A DNA stretch of 64,000 nt from Novakomyces olei (lineage: Eukaryota), in assembly GCA_016906335.1 (NCBI GenBank), contig JADEYG010000012.1, positions 1,302,001 through 1,366,000 of the forward strand, given 5' to 3'. The notes under the pieces are model-generated. The model was not told the DNA's origin. It did not search any database and was given only the letters and a program-made list of their open reading frames with translations. A program made the position numbers and the translations under genes. Shown in pieces: positions 26,703 through 39,261 of this stretch (within the stretch, counting starts at the first letter, position 1; each line of letters begins with the position of its first letter).

Positions 26703-27231
26703 CGTATTTGTTGACATGAAAATCGAGTTATAGTTGCTTGTTAAAGTATATAGTTTAACGTTAAAGTACTTCTAGGGATCCCATTTCTTCAATTGTTAGC
26801 TATATTATATGAAATTGAGGGTTTAAAAGCAATAGTGCTTTATACCGTAATCTGAGTAGTGTTTGAGTGTAATCTTAAGTGAAAGAGAAAGAATTAGTTA
26901 CTTTATCTGGGTAGCGTTTTAACAGGAGGAAACCTATAATAGCATGTCAAAGGAACTAGCAGGCAAATCCTTTAATGATTGGTTCGAATGTCATATTCTT
27001 TTTCACAACAGAACATAGTGCAACTGGCATTGCTATTCAGAAAACACGCAAAAATAAAAATTTGATAATACTATTAGATGAGATTTCGTCTGAATACCAT
27101 AGCCAGCCATAAAGGGCTACTATCATAGCTTTGAGCGTGGACAAAGTCCATATGCGTCATAAAGTAAAAGAGATGACAATAGGAAGGCTTCCGAACCTTT
27201 GCAGTCAGTCTACCCGATATTATTAATATAA

Positions 27232-27295
27232 TTACTAATAGCGATTTACTAATGGCACGTTACTAATATTGCTTCACTAATACCGCTTACTTAAT
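27232..27295. promoter_or_regulatory. 14-bp-spaced TTACTAA array (Yap1/AP-1-like consensus) upstream of the SDR
   Basis: TTACTAA at 27232, 27246, 27260; TCACTAA at 27274. Confidence 0.4.
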
Positions 27296-27617
27296 ACCGC
27301 TTTGTTTGGTATTAGGAATGATATTAATAATATGCCCAAAAATTAATATGGCAAATTCGAAAAGAAAGCGTAATTTCAATATCACCATTGGCCCATTTCG
27401 ACAATCCCGGAAAGATTTGCACAATTACAGTAGTGTAGATACCCTGATATCGTCATCTTCTTACCAGACGGAGGATTTTGATCTACTTTAGCCGAAAAGC
27501 ATTACAAATATGAATTCCCCGTTTCCATAGCTTGCGAGATCGTATAAAGGGAAGGCAAAGAACGAGGACGAGCCTTTCAATATCGACTAACGATCCCAAT
27601 TCAACTTCAATTTGAAT

Positions 27618-28358
27618 ATGACTCAAGGCACTGTTTATCTCGTTACTGGCGGCAACCGCGGAATCGGCCTGGGACTTGTCCAGGAATTGGCCAAAAGACC
27701 GAATGCCACTGTTTACGTGGGCATACGAGACTTGTCGAAACCTTCGGCTGCGTTGCACAAGTTGGCGACGGCTGCAGACAACGTAATCCTCCTCAAGATT
27801 GAGTCTACCGATTATGAAGATCCTGCCAAAGCTGCAAAGATTATCGAAGAAAAATCCGGGAAACTGGATGTTGTCATTGCCAATGCCGGGATCGCCAAGA
27901 CAGGGCTGTCGCCATTTGAAAGTATTACTCCTGAATCAATTGTCGAGCATAACGCGGTCAATGTCATCGGCCCTGTGAAACTTATTCAGGCCGTCGTTCC
28001 CTTGCTCGAGAAAAGTAGACAGCCAAAGTTTATCGGTATCAGCACTTTGGCCGCGTCAATTAAAGATCTAAATTTCCCTACAACGGCTTATGGTGCCTCT
28101 AAAGCGGAGCTCAATTTCTTTCTGAAGCACGCTCACTTTAGTTATCATGAAAAGTTTGGTCTTGTTGTTTACCCGATTCATCCTGGATACGTTGAGACGG
28201 ACATGTCTGCTCCGTTTAAAGAGCTGGGTGCATCTGTTGGATTGACGCCGATAACGGTTGCCGAAAGTGTGAGTGATATGCTCAAATTGGTCGATAACCC
28301 AGATCCTTCCTTGAGCGGCCGCTTCTGGAGTTACACGGGAGAAGAACTTGCTTACTAG
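27618..28358 (+). CDS. Classical short-chain dehydrogenase/reductase (carbonyl reductase-like)
   Basis: TGGNRGIG, NAGI, YGASK, IHPGYVETDM. Confidence 0.93.
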   Translation: MTQGTVYLVTGGNRGIGLGLVQELAKRPNATVYVGIRDLSKPSAALHKLATAADNVILLKIESTDYEDPAKAAKIIEEKSGKLDVVIANAGIAKTGLSPFESITPESIVEHNAVNVIGPVKLIQAVVPLLEKSRQPKFIGISTLAASIKDLNFPTTAYGASKAELNFFLKHAHFSYHEKFGLVVYPIHPGYVETDMSAPFKELGASVGLTPITVAESVSDMLKLVDNPDPSLSGRFWSYTGEELAY

Positions 28359-28673
28359 TCTAAAGGAGGCTATTGAGGACTGTTTTGCAGGACTAGAATG
28401 CTTATAGCATCTTTTAAGTTTATTTTTAATTAACTGTTTATGACATGTACTGAACAGTATTATTTGAATGCAGTTTAGAGCAAGTTCAGTATTTTTATAA
28501 TATGTTGATCCAAAATCCTGGATATTATGAACACTCAACGGCGTGCTAGTGGATAAACCAACTTTACAACAATTCATTATTATGTTCTCTTATCGTGTGT
28601 TCTAATTATTTTCATAGATTTTTTGATGATGATTCGAATAATTGTGCTTCCTAATGCTTAAACTTGCAACCCT

Positions 28674-28995
28674 TGTCACTTCCTGTAGTATAACATAATC
28701 CCCTCCTTGTCCGGTTTAGTGAATTAGAGCCACGAACGCAGCTCGAATACTACGCCAAGCATCAATTTGTGTTATACGCCTTGCCTTGGAAGTTCTAGCT
28801 ATGACTATAAATGTTAGTTGATCTGTTTATTTGACTTTAAATAACAGTTTTCAATTCCTTGGCCCTATTGCTTTTACCTAGAGAACTCGGACCAAGATAA
28901 CTCGGAATAATTCAATAGGACTAATAACAATCAAATAAACCACGATAATCCATGAGTATCTGTTAAATAAAATGCGTTGTCATAGGCTACTGACA
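28674..28995. mobile_element. Possible degenerate solo LTR (~320 bp)
   Basis: TGTCA...TGACA inverted ends, internal TATAAA and AATAAA; no target-site duplication seen. Confidence 0.25.
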
Positions 28996-29427
28996 AGACA
29001 AAAGATGCGCCTCGAATCTAGCTTTATAAGTGCAGATGCGCAAAGGCATCAAAAGTGACATCTAAAAGGGAGGGTAGATGATACCTAAAAGTGTAAATAT
29101 TAATCGTAGTTTACGCGGTCTAGCAGAGTCAGTAACCCCCGAATAACAGGTTATGATAATCTCCTTCGGATTATGCAATAGGGTGGTGCCATAACGTATA
29201 AGTATCATTTGCTACTCGATAAACAATTTAAAATTGTTAGAAGTCGCCCTAACACTAAAAGAGCACATTAATTGAAGCGAAAAGTAGATGTTTTGCCTGC
29301 GCTAGTCTGAGCTTTGTTTCCGCTACGGCAGCAAAAGCAAGTACACCTGGTGCTCGACTACGGCAGAAGATTCAAGCCTTTATGTTGCTTACCATAAGAC
29401 TTGGCCGGTTTATGTCCAAGATCGAAT

Positions 29428-30252
29428 ATGCCCTGCGACATATTCTATGAGACAACATACAAGACTGCGGTGGAAAGCTGGCTCGAACCTGCGATCGTGA
29501 CAGTTGTCGACTCGCAAAAAAACAGATTGATCACATTTCCTTTTAAATTTTGCCATACTGCCGGTACGCCCAGCGTCAAGAAAGTCGGATACCTGCTCCA
29601 AGTTATCTCGGCGTCTATCACTAACGATCTTGCGACGATTGTGCTGCAATGCGATGAAAGAGCGTGCGACAAGGACGAATTTATAGCTCCGACTACTTAC
29701 ATAATAACATGCCCGCCTGCTGACGAAATATGCTTTCGACCAGGCCCGCAGTGTAAATCTCGAATGCGTCTTTTTTCGGCGTCAATGTCCTCGTCTACTG
29801 TGAGCAATTCTTCAAGGAGCTCTATACGACAAACGAGATTTTGGCTCGAGTGTTTTGCGCGTGATAACGGCCGTTGTATAATATCTGGTAGCCGTGCCTT
29901 GGATTCGAATGAAGCATGCCATATTATTCCATACAGTCTTGGCCAAAACATTTTGTTTGAGCTTACAGGCGGTCTAATTGGCCAATACAGTGTTCAGAAT
30001 GGGTTGACGCTCGAGGTTGGCCTGCACAAGGCTTACGATCAATATAGAATTGGCGTATGGTTTGAAGATGGCCGGTATTATGTTCATGCTTTCTTTCATG
30101 AATTATCGTGTTATCACGGAAACGAAGTTAAATTTGTAGAAATAATACCTGACTCTGAGAAGCCATTTCCTGCTCTGCTTCTCTGGCATTATAGGCAGTG
30201 TGTCATGACGCGTTTCAGAGGCTTTGCTGTCCCCGTTTCAAACATTGGCTGA
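29428..30252 (+). CDS. HNH endonuclease (HNH_2-like) family, copy A, intronless
   Basis: RDNGRCIISG, EACHIIPYS, NGLTLEVGLHKAYD, YHG, LLWHYRQCVMTRFRG; homologous to copies at 37670, 41985, 46603, 48441. Confidence 0.85.
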   Translation: MPCDIFYETTYKTAVESWLEPAIVTVVDSQKNRLITFPFKFCHTAGTPSVKKVGYLLQVISASITNDLATIVLQCDERACDKDEFIAPTTYIITCPPADEICFRPGPQCKSRMRLFSASMSSSTVSNSSRSSIRQTRFWLECFARDNGRCIISGSRALDSNEACHIIPYSLGQNILFELTGGLIGQYSVQNGLTLEVGLHKAYDQYRIGVWFEDGRYYVHAFFHELSCYHGNEVKFVEIIPDSEKPFPALLLWHYRQCVMTRFRGFAVPVSNIG

Positions 30253-30505
30253 CGCTCGATTCGGTCTGCACAAGGCTTATGTTCCGTTTAGAACTGGCAT
30301 ATGGTCTGAAAATGAACGGTAATAGGTTTACGCTTGTTTTCATGAGTTATCGTGCTATCGCGGAAATGAGACCAAAGTTTTACAAATAAATGCCTGAAAT
30401 AAATGCCTGAAATAAATGCCTGAATTGGAGAAGTTTTTTTTCCCGCCTCTACTTCCATATCAGCATTGTGCCACTACGTGTTTCAGAGACGTTCCAATAC
30501 CTGGC
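30246..30505 (+). pseudogene. Decayed tandem duplicate of the 3' end of HNH copy A
   Basis: tgacgctcga..ctgcacaaggctta..tttcatgagttatcgtg..tttcagag aligns to ~30000-30240; stops, indels and a 13-bp x3 expansion at 30384-30422. Confidence 0.8.
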
Positions 30506-30559
30506 TCAAATCGATGTCAATTGAATGGGTTTTTTAATTTGATTTAATCGGTCTAGAAA

Positions 30560-31900
30560 TACTTCAATTATCGTTGACAATGCAAATGCCGCCAAGTGTA
30601 CTGACCTTTCTTGAACGTGTTCCGTGTATTATTATTTCAGTGTTGGTTATTGTTTCTCAATGTAATGTATGCCGCTTTGCAAGATATTCCTGCCTACGTC
30701 GCGTGTCTTTTCCGCGAAGGGCAGCACGAGTCTCAGTGTTTTTTTAATGACTAATATCGCCGATGCAAGTACGCTACGCAGTTGGAGACTGGCCCTTCAT
30801 CTGTACATCTACAGTCACAGTTTATACTGGCTCCGATATTGGCCGTTCCCTGCTTGATCCACCTGGCGCTTGATACATGGGTATTGGGCGATATTACTGT
30901 CGTTGCCCGCATCAACTTTAAATGCTGCAATTTTATGGGTCTTGAGCGTAGAGGATAGAGCTCTATTTCTATCGAATAAAAAAAGAAAACCAACATTAAA
31001 GAAGTTTCTCGAGGGAATGATGGAGAAATAGTGTTAAAATTCAGAATAATCTGATTTAACGATGTTGAAAAAGGCGTTTACTCCCGCAATTTCGCTTGTC
31101 AATGCAGAGATAGTTGGCCATCTGCAATTAAAAGACGGAAATTTAAAAAAAGATCGAAACACGCGGCTTTCGCAGAAACAGAAGCAAAGGCTTTCTAAAT
31201 CTTTTAGATCCATATTAAGCTGATCCGATCCGCGTTCTTTTATTGATGTACTTTGATTTGGATTCCATCGATATTCTATTGGTTTCCGTCAGATTCAAAC
31301 CGATTATCGTCATCTCTATCTCCTTGGACAGTCGGCCAATAGCACATTGATCTCTTTTTGTTTTTGATGTGGGGCAGTTGCCTTGTTTGCTGAATGGGAA
31401 AGATTTTCTGCTCATTTCCCGCTGTTTTACTCTTCTTAAGTCCCTACTGGTGGTCCACGCAATGGGATTTGTTGAGTTTATTTCTTATGCTGCTTTAATG
31501 GCAATATCCTTCTCTTTTATTCAAGTGGCCCATAATCAGTTTCCAGCATCGGCAACGCGTATTGATAACTCGCTACGCCTTCCTACGCTATTCCTTTGCC
31601 GTTGACTGGGACATTCATGGGGTAAGATTGGGAAGCAAAGCCTGACGCAGTATTCAGAGTCCCATTTACTATCATCGGATTTGGACAGTAAGTATTGCAT
31701 CGTAATTGGAGACAGTGGCCAACTAAAACATTGCTCCTTGTTACGAAAGTGCTTGGCAATACAGGCCGAGGGATCGGGAGACGCGTCCGCCAAAGCGGCT
31801 CGTACCGTGGACGCAATAAGCACCGACGCGGTAAAGGATAATTCGGCCACAGCGACTTCAGTAAAACCAACCAATGTGAGACGTATGTGTTGTTTACAAG
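30560..31900 (-). pseudogene. Possible heavily decayed gene of unknown family
   Basis: Patches of coding-like translation (e.g. ORF 31536-31874) broken by stops and frameshifts; intron-like GTAGGG..GCTAAC with no intact AG. No motif recognised. Confidence 0.2.
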
Positions 31901-32905
31901 TTAGCCAGTTCTTTTCACGTTTAAAAATTCCCTACTTGCACGTGAGCCTCAATCGGTTTAAGAAACAATATAGTGGGTATTCAGCATATTCTTGGTCATT
32001 TTCTGGTCCATTAGAGTCTGGACACATCTCTGAGTCTCCTTAATGAGCATTTGTTTCAATCTTAAGCAGTATTATTACCGAAAATGCGGGGTAATAATAG
32101 GGTGACGGATTTTAAGGGCGTAAAAAGTACAGTAATATTAACCACGATGATTCATTTAATTATACATAGATATTTTGTTTACTAAACAGCAATTAAACTT
32201 AAAAGTTTGCTAACATCAAGGTGTATTACAAGGGTAAGAACCAAATAAGCAAGACCCCTTAATGTAATGACAATTTGGAATCTGAACGATGGTAGGCTTT
32301 ACTCTTAAACATCGAGCGCCTAAATGCAATAAAGCTGTAATGATAACATATCACTTACAACTGACATTAATGTCATAAATTTATACTCCTGTCAGCTTTA
32401 TATTGGCTGCCATGTGATTAATTCGTAAGACGACGATATTTTTTCAGTTCCACGGCATATTGCTAACGATTTTTCTGCAAATAAGTCGGAAATTTTTAGT
32501 CGGGCGAAACGTTGATTGATTGTTTAGAATCTGCATATCAAATAGCTCTGAGAATCTCCCTGTCAAGGGATAGTTGCTGCAAGTAATTGCCATCATTAAC
32601 CCTAATGCTCCATCTAAAACCCACCTAAAAATAGGGTTTTCTGTAGATAAGCTATCCTTGAGTCAGAGCCCACGTAAGATAAGCGATAAATATTGGCAAA
32701 AGCTTGCGAAAAAACCCTGTATCTCTTCCAAAGGGAGGACACAGCCGATTGCAACTAATTGACATTTGAACGAAGTGCTTATTTGAAAAGTCAACAGAGC
32801 CCTTTTATTTCTTCTATTAGATCTGGAGGGTTTCAGCATAACGGCAGTACAGTAAGAACCAGTAACAAGAGTCAGCCAACAAGAACAATATCTGTTCAGT
32901 GCAAA

Positions 32906-34262
32906 ATGAACGGCCATGATTACCTATCAGAGAGTATTTTGATTATTGGAGCCGGCGCTTTTGGTAGTTCAACAGCGCTGCATCTTGCCAGACGCGGATT
33001 TAAAAACATTAAAGTTGTCGATCGATTTCCTGTACCTTCGTTTGAAGCCGCTTCGAACGATTACAACAAGGTTATTCGTGCAGATTACGCGTGTCCGTTA
33101 TATACAAATTTAGGCCGTGAAACACTAGACGCATGGACGGATCCCGACAATATTTTGTACGGGCTTTTTCATCGCTCTAAATACGTCCTTTCGGCAGAAA
33201 ACGAATGCAAGCCGTTTTTGCAGCAGTCGATTCAAAACAGTCAAAATGTTGGTATATCCAACATTTCTATTGTTAAAAGCAGTGAAATTGCAGAGCTATT
33301 TCCTGGAGTCTCGAAAAATATTCCTTCTTCGTGGTTTAATTTAGTCAATCCTAACGCAGGATGGGCATTTGCGTCCGAGGCTTTGAAACGGATGGTTGAA
33401 GCTGGTAAAGCGTTAGGTGTCGACTTTGTTACAGGTGATGATGGATATATAAAGCAATTACTTTACGATGAAAACAAGGCTTGTATTGGTGCAATTTCAA
33501 ACAGTGGAATTGCTCACGTTGCTGATAAGACAATCGTTGCAGCAGGCTGTGGTATTTCTAAACTATTGAACGCGGAAAAGCAACTTGTGTCTAAAGCTCA
33601 TTGTTCGGCACATATTCAACTAGACGACGAGGAAGCCAAACATTATGAAAATTTGCCCATATTTTGCAATCTTGAGCAAGGTAACAATTTATGTTTGTTT
33701 TAAATAGGCTGCGTGCTTGTTGTCTAGTTTAATTTGTTATTTATCTTAATTTCTACCCTGTTTTGTTCACTAATTAACCAAAGGTCTTGTATTTCCCCCA
33801 AATGGCGATAATTTGGTAAAAGTGTCTACCTCGCGGCTTATTACAAACTTCAATGGCAACTCTGAATCACACGCAATTTCCAGGTGGGATCATCCAGAGC
33901 TTGGGATTCCGGATATCGTAGAGCATGAGATGCGGGATTTCGTAAGATGCATTCTACCTGAATTGGCTGATCGAGAATGGGCCAGCATAAGAATTTGCTG
34001 GGACGCAGACACTGCCGATGAGCATTTTCTTATCGGACCTCATCCCAATCACAGCAATTTGCACTTGGCTGGCGGAGGCAGTGCGCACGGGTTTAAATTC
34101 CTTCCAATATTGGGTAAATATATTGCTGATTCTTTTGAAGGGATTCTTGACCCGAAAATAGCTAATGTTTGGAAATGGCGCCCGGGAGTAGAAGCAGATG
34201 ATTCGTATCATATTAGCTTGTCCGCTATTCGCCGAGACTTTTCTGATTTTCCTTTGAACTAA
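32906..34262 (+). CDS. FAD-dependent oxidase, fructosyl-amino-acid/sarcosine/pipecolate oxidase family; exons 32906-33680 and 33784-34262
   Basis: IIGAGAFGSSTALHL, ASNDYNKVIR, RICWDADT, GGSAHGFKFLPILG, WKWRP; intron GTAACA..CACTAAT..AAG. Confidence 0.92.
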
Positions 34263-34780
34263 ACAATCAAGTAGAATGTTTGTCTACTGCCATTTGAATA
34301 GTCGGTGGTTATACATGTTTGGTATATAGAACTGTTGGATTTTAATTTCGAATTTTAAATGTATGGTGATTTCCTGAAAAGTTTCATAATTTGACATACC
34401 GCTCTTTAGAAAGATTTTAAAGTCAATCCGAAACAAGTGCCAGCGCTTAGTCTATTTGGCACTAGTCCATATTATTGGAATTTATGTCGGAAACTAAGAC
34501 TTATATGTAAATTAAATTGTTTAATAATAGATATATCCAAAGGCAAACAGTCTGATAGCCCACGTATATGAGAACCGTTTAATCGTCCAAATCCCCCATC
34601 GTTGCTATTATACGCATAAACCCCTTCATAGACACTTTCTCTACCACTGATTCAATCATGTACAAATTGTAAACTTCAAAATGCCAAAACTTCTAAATTA
34701 TACGCAAGAAATCAAAAAAGGGACCAAAATATCCGGGCACAGTTCTAAATATCTACAGCAGGCAATTGCTTGTTCTGAGT

Positions 34781-36357
34781 CTAGACAAGAGACAAGTTCC
34801 AGTGCTGAATACACTTGTCCCAAATGAAGGCGCTAGACCCAGGACCCCGTGGAAGCATATCGCATAAAGATAAATCGCTCCGTTTCCAAACAGTCTCTAT
34901 CGCCTTTCCAGCAGTTTGAACATTTGATGAGGGAAACCATAAAGCTGCCACTGCCTCTATATGCTCCAATACAAAGGCTCTGTCGACTTCAGCGCAAAGG
35001 CAGCCTACAACGAAAATAGCCCATAACGGATAAGGTCGGGCTTTTCCTTCAACCTTAATTTTGCGAAATTCGAGTAAGCAATCACGCACATATCCACTCA
35101 ACCTCGCCGAGTTGAGCTCTTCGCCAAAGAGACCATGAAGGCATAATACTATAGAGGCCTTAAGACTGATTTTTCCGCAAAGCTCTATATATGGATCCCC
35201 GTATGGCTCTATCTGCTGCATTGAACAAAGCCTTTTGTACAAGACTAGGGGAGAAAAAGACGAGCGATCTTTCTGCACAATCCCCCGACATTCAAGAAGT
35301 ATTTCGTGTAGAGTATCAATTAAACTGAACGAGCAAAGCCAACGTACATCAATTATAGAATTTTGAGTAAATTGCTCTTGAGGGAAAGGCCTCCAAGCAG
35401 CGACTGCTTCATCACAAAAGTCAGGTCTCTGCAGCGTCATCCCAACCACCTTACAGAAAAACATGAATCGTTCTATCAACGGTACCGATAGTCGAGCGTG
35501 CTGCATTACGGCCAATGCTCCACGGAAATGAGCAACCCAATCCAAAAGACCATGATCTGCAATTTCGAGCGACATTAATGACGAAATTGCAACGAGCGTC
35601 ATATTACCGGCGCTACCACTTATTATAGAGTGTTCAACTGCCCGAATTGCCTCCTGTTTATACAAATAAAACTCTGGTACATATACTCGCCGTCTTTTTC
35701 CAAACTCGTGTGCTGCTAAAGCAAGCGAGGCATAAAGCACAGTCCGGTCCCCAGAACGTACCATCTCACGATGCTCACGCAGCGCAGAATAATCATTTTC
35801 GTACTTTCTCGGTAAATACTCTTCGCAATAGTATTGTAGTAAGATCTCTTCATTTTGTAACGTGGTGCAGTTAGGATTTGATTCTGTTGATAAAAGGCTT
35901 GGAATTGTGGATGTCCTTCTTGATGAAGAATCGTTGCCATCATTCAGACATGTAGGATTATATACTGGACCATCCAATGGAAAGTCCTTTTTTGAGAGAG
36001 GAATTGGTGCATTATCAGCAAAATCACTTGGATTGATGTTGATGAAAGCCCAGCAAACGGTGGTCGATTTCGAAGAGACAACTGGACAACTTCCTATGGT
36101 TTTTTGTTTCCATACCACAGATTGCTCATATTGGCAAACCGTTGATCGTTTGGAACAAACATCGCACGGATAGCAGCCTGAATTGTAAGAAATAACAAGA
36201 ACAAAATGAGAAATAGGACCAATAAGCTTCAAAATAGAGCTGGACCTAATTAACGACACAATTTACCATTACAACGAATCTTGCGCGAACGACAAGATTT
36301 GCATCGGATTCGCAGTCGAGGTCCTTTACTGCTGGATGATTTCAGTAGTAGAGCCAT
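34781..36357 (-). CDS. Zn(II)2Cys6 transcription factor with fungal_trans_2-type C-terminal region; 2 exons
   Basis: Exon 1 gives CKSCRSRKIRCN; intron (donor 36266) splices to GCYPCDVCSKRSTVC; WVAHFRGA and LWAIFVVG motifs. Confidence 0.85.
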
Positions 36358-37669
36358 ATGCTAAAAATATGACAGTTGTAGTCTATTCACGTCGAAGAGC
36401 ATTTGCCTGTCTAAACATACTGGCTTTGGTGAGTCATCAAGGTATTCGAACGTCTGGCTTTCACTTATTTGGATCTGTCACGCAAAGATTGTAAGTAACG
36501 CTAAATGCGTTGTTTATAGATAAGGCGCCCAAACCCTGACTAACCCTGGTCCTGAACAAAAATAATATTAACCCTAACTGACCTTTTTCAAAAAATATTT
36601 TTATTCCATTTTACAGGCATGCTTTATGACTTGCGTGTGAGCTTTGGAAAGCCTTATGGCATTCTGAATTCTATTTGTAAATAATTGCTACTGCACCCGC
36701 TGAGAAAGCAAAAGAAAATAAAGCAAAAGACACGACTTCCTTGTGACTGTTGAAAGGTTGGCTATCATAGTCAGTCAGTCCTGAAGCAATATTTGTGATG
36801 CCGCGACTAGATTCTTTGAAATCTGATCTTGGTCATTTTAAAATGTCGAGTCTGGAATACTAAAGTTGAGAACTAAATTGAAATTGCTTGCCGAAATTCC
36901 GTTAACTTTCTGTTTTATACAAATAATTGTAACCAATTAAGTCCAATGATTGTACGAGGAAGACTAGAATCAGATAACCCTCTTTAAGCCTGACCGAATT
37001 CTTTGTGAAACCGTAATATCAATCTGGACTTTACGATATGGTTCCAGTTCGTGTGGAAATAATTGAAATTTCCCGTACTTCCAATTTTTTGATATTGAAC
37101 AAGAATTTGGCATCTAAGCTTTGATAAATTCGGTGATAAGCACATCATCGCAATAAGCAGGCTAACTAAGCCAGCCATTTCAGTGAGCCAAAGAAACTGT
37201 GTGGTAAAGGAATGCCCTGAGTTGAATAGAGTAAACTATTGTATAGACCGACATAAATCGCCATAAGCAGAACTGATTAAATCAGCTAATTAAAGCTTTT
37301 AATGTTAAATCAGATACGTTTGTAGAGCTCCACCACGAGAACGACTTGTCTCGCAACGCATCGATAGACAATACGACTTCAGCTGCACCTTCAAGCGTAG
37401 GAACTTTGTGACTTACCAAGTGCAGTAAGCGATACCGCTCATAACCCCAGTCACACAATATAGCGCTTGCTCTTTGCAGGCCAGTAACTCAAAACAAGAG
37501 CGAAACAAGTTGACAAAAAAGACGCATGAGAGGAAAATCAGAACATTAGACGCCTTTGACTATTAAGAGCAGTCAGCGGTAACCCGGGGTTTTTTAAAGC
37601 AAACTGCTTTTATGCCTACAAATATCCGTAGCGTAAAACTTATGACAAGTCTAATTCGAACATAAAAGT

Positions 37670-38491
37670 TTACGAAAGCTCATGCAAGGGTACAGCAAAA
37701 CCCCGTAGCCTCGACATGACACACTGGCTATAATGCCATCGCAGCAGTATTGGGCTAGGCTTCTCATCGTCAGGAATGACAGGTGCAAACTGTATTTCAT
37801 GGCCATGAAACCGGGCATAGCTGCGTAGAAAGCTGTGAATAAAATATCGTCCGTCTTCAACCCATATACCCATCTCGAACCTATCAAATCCCTTATGGGA
37901 GCTGCTATCAAGAGTTAAGCCATTGATTAGATCGTAGAGTGAGATACGGAGTCCCGTGCGCTCAAAGTCGGTTAGTTCGTCAAGAAAAGACTGGCCTAGG
38001 CTAAATGGCACTATATGGCAAGCCTCCACATCAGTCCGCGAGAGTGTCAGCATGCTTCGGCCAGTGTCTCGCGAAAAACACTCAAGGCGGAATAAAGACT
38101 GCAATTCCGAACTCCTTGAAGACCTGCTGGTCGTAGATGCACTATCGCTTATTGGTAAGGTTTTGAATCGAGATTTTCCCTGAGGCCCAGGCCGAAATTT
38201 GATGTCCTCCGCCTTGGGAAATAATAAACTGTACGTAGCGGCAACCAGCTTGTCATCAGAATTGCATGGTGAATCGCCGAGACGCAAATCAAATTCGTCC
38301 TGGTGATTCTCAATGCTTGCGGTCAAAGCGCTTTTCAAGTACGCGACGGTAGAAACTCTTGGTGATCCCGCCTCTGTGCAAAATGCCAAAGGAATAGCAA
38401 GAATAAGTTCTGAGCTAGTATTCACGACGCGCACAATAGGTGGGCGTTTCCAATCGACAATTGTTGTTTTGTAAATCACATTTCCAGGCAT
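37670..38491 (-). CDS. HNH endonuclease family, copy B, intronless
   Basis: EACHIVPFSLG, NGLTLDSSSHKGFD, FHG, LLRWHYSQCVMSRLRG; 273 aa. Confidence 0.85.
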   Translation of the reverse strand: MPGNVIYKTTIVDWKRPPIVRVVNTSSELILAIPLAFCTEAGSPRVSTVAYLKSALTASIENHQDEFDLRLGDSPCNSDDKLVAATYSLLFPKAEDIKFRPGPQGKSRFKTLPISDSASTTSRSSRSSELQSLFRLECFSRDTGRSMLTLSRTDVEACHIVPFSLGQSFLDELTDFERTGLRISLYDLINGLTLDSSSHKGFDRFEMGIWVEDGRYFIHSFLRSYARFHGHEIQFAPVIPDDEKPSPILLRWHYSQCVMSRLRGFAVPLHELS

Positions 38492-39261
38492 ATCGCTGTG
38501 CTACTGCTAGGTAAATGGATCTCTGTCTAATCCGTACAGACAAACCTCCTTCTGGAGGATGCTTACTGCACGTAAAGGTGCAAAGTATGAGATCTACTCA
38601 TTGTTGGAATATCGCTGCAATTTCAAGCATTTGCATTTTGGAGTACTATAGTATAAAATCGTGAAATACACTTAATACTATGAACAATTTTTTTGGCATT
38701 GTATTGTGGAGAGCAAAACATGTGCCGTATTTGTGTTTACGTGTTTACAATAGTATTATGGCTCTGTACCGAGCGTGAAATGTGCCGCTAAAGTCATGCG
38801 GCACTTGAAACATTTATGACGAATTTTCAAATACAATTTGAAACTTACCTATTTTTTTCTGTTTGCACTGGTTGCCACCTCACCCAATCTCTCGCTACCT
38901 ACATTTTACTTGACAACAACTAGGACAGCAGCGTTTTCTGCCGTCTGTGATCAGATGCTTCAACCAGAAATACTTGGTGGACGTCTATTATTTGAAACTT
39001 TATTGAAATTTCAAATTTGATATTGAACGTATTTTCGGCCACATTCAAATTAGTGCGGTATCGTACCAGCGTAGAAGCCGTAACCTTTTGGTGAATTATC
39101 CGATAACAAGAATATATGGCCGGCTGACTATCGAAATGCTTCTTCCCTATTTTTACTGCTGTACCGCAGTCTTTTTGTTATTATTAGTAGGAAAAATATA
39201 TGTGATATAATCGATATATATGAACTGGGGAGGTCACTTTGAGAATCGCGAATAATAACAA

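Noticed and set aside
36984-37450. Possible spliced gene remnant on the minus strand (GTAAGT donor, short ORFs)
   Set aside because: Could not assemble a coherent frame or recognise a family.
37651-37911. Overlapping alternate-frame or antisense ORFs in HNH genes as antidote/immunity genes (also 29410, 37956, 42443, 48693)
   Set aside because: Frames, lengths and sequences are not conserved between paralogs; explained as shadows of the main ORF.
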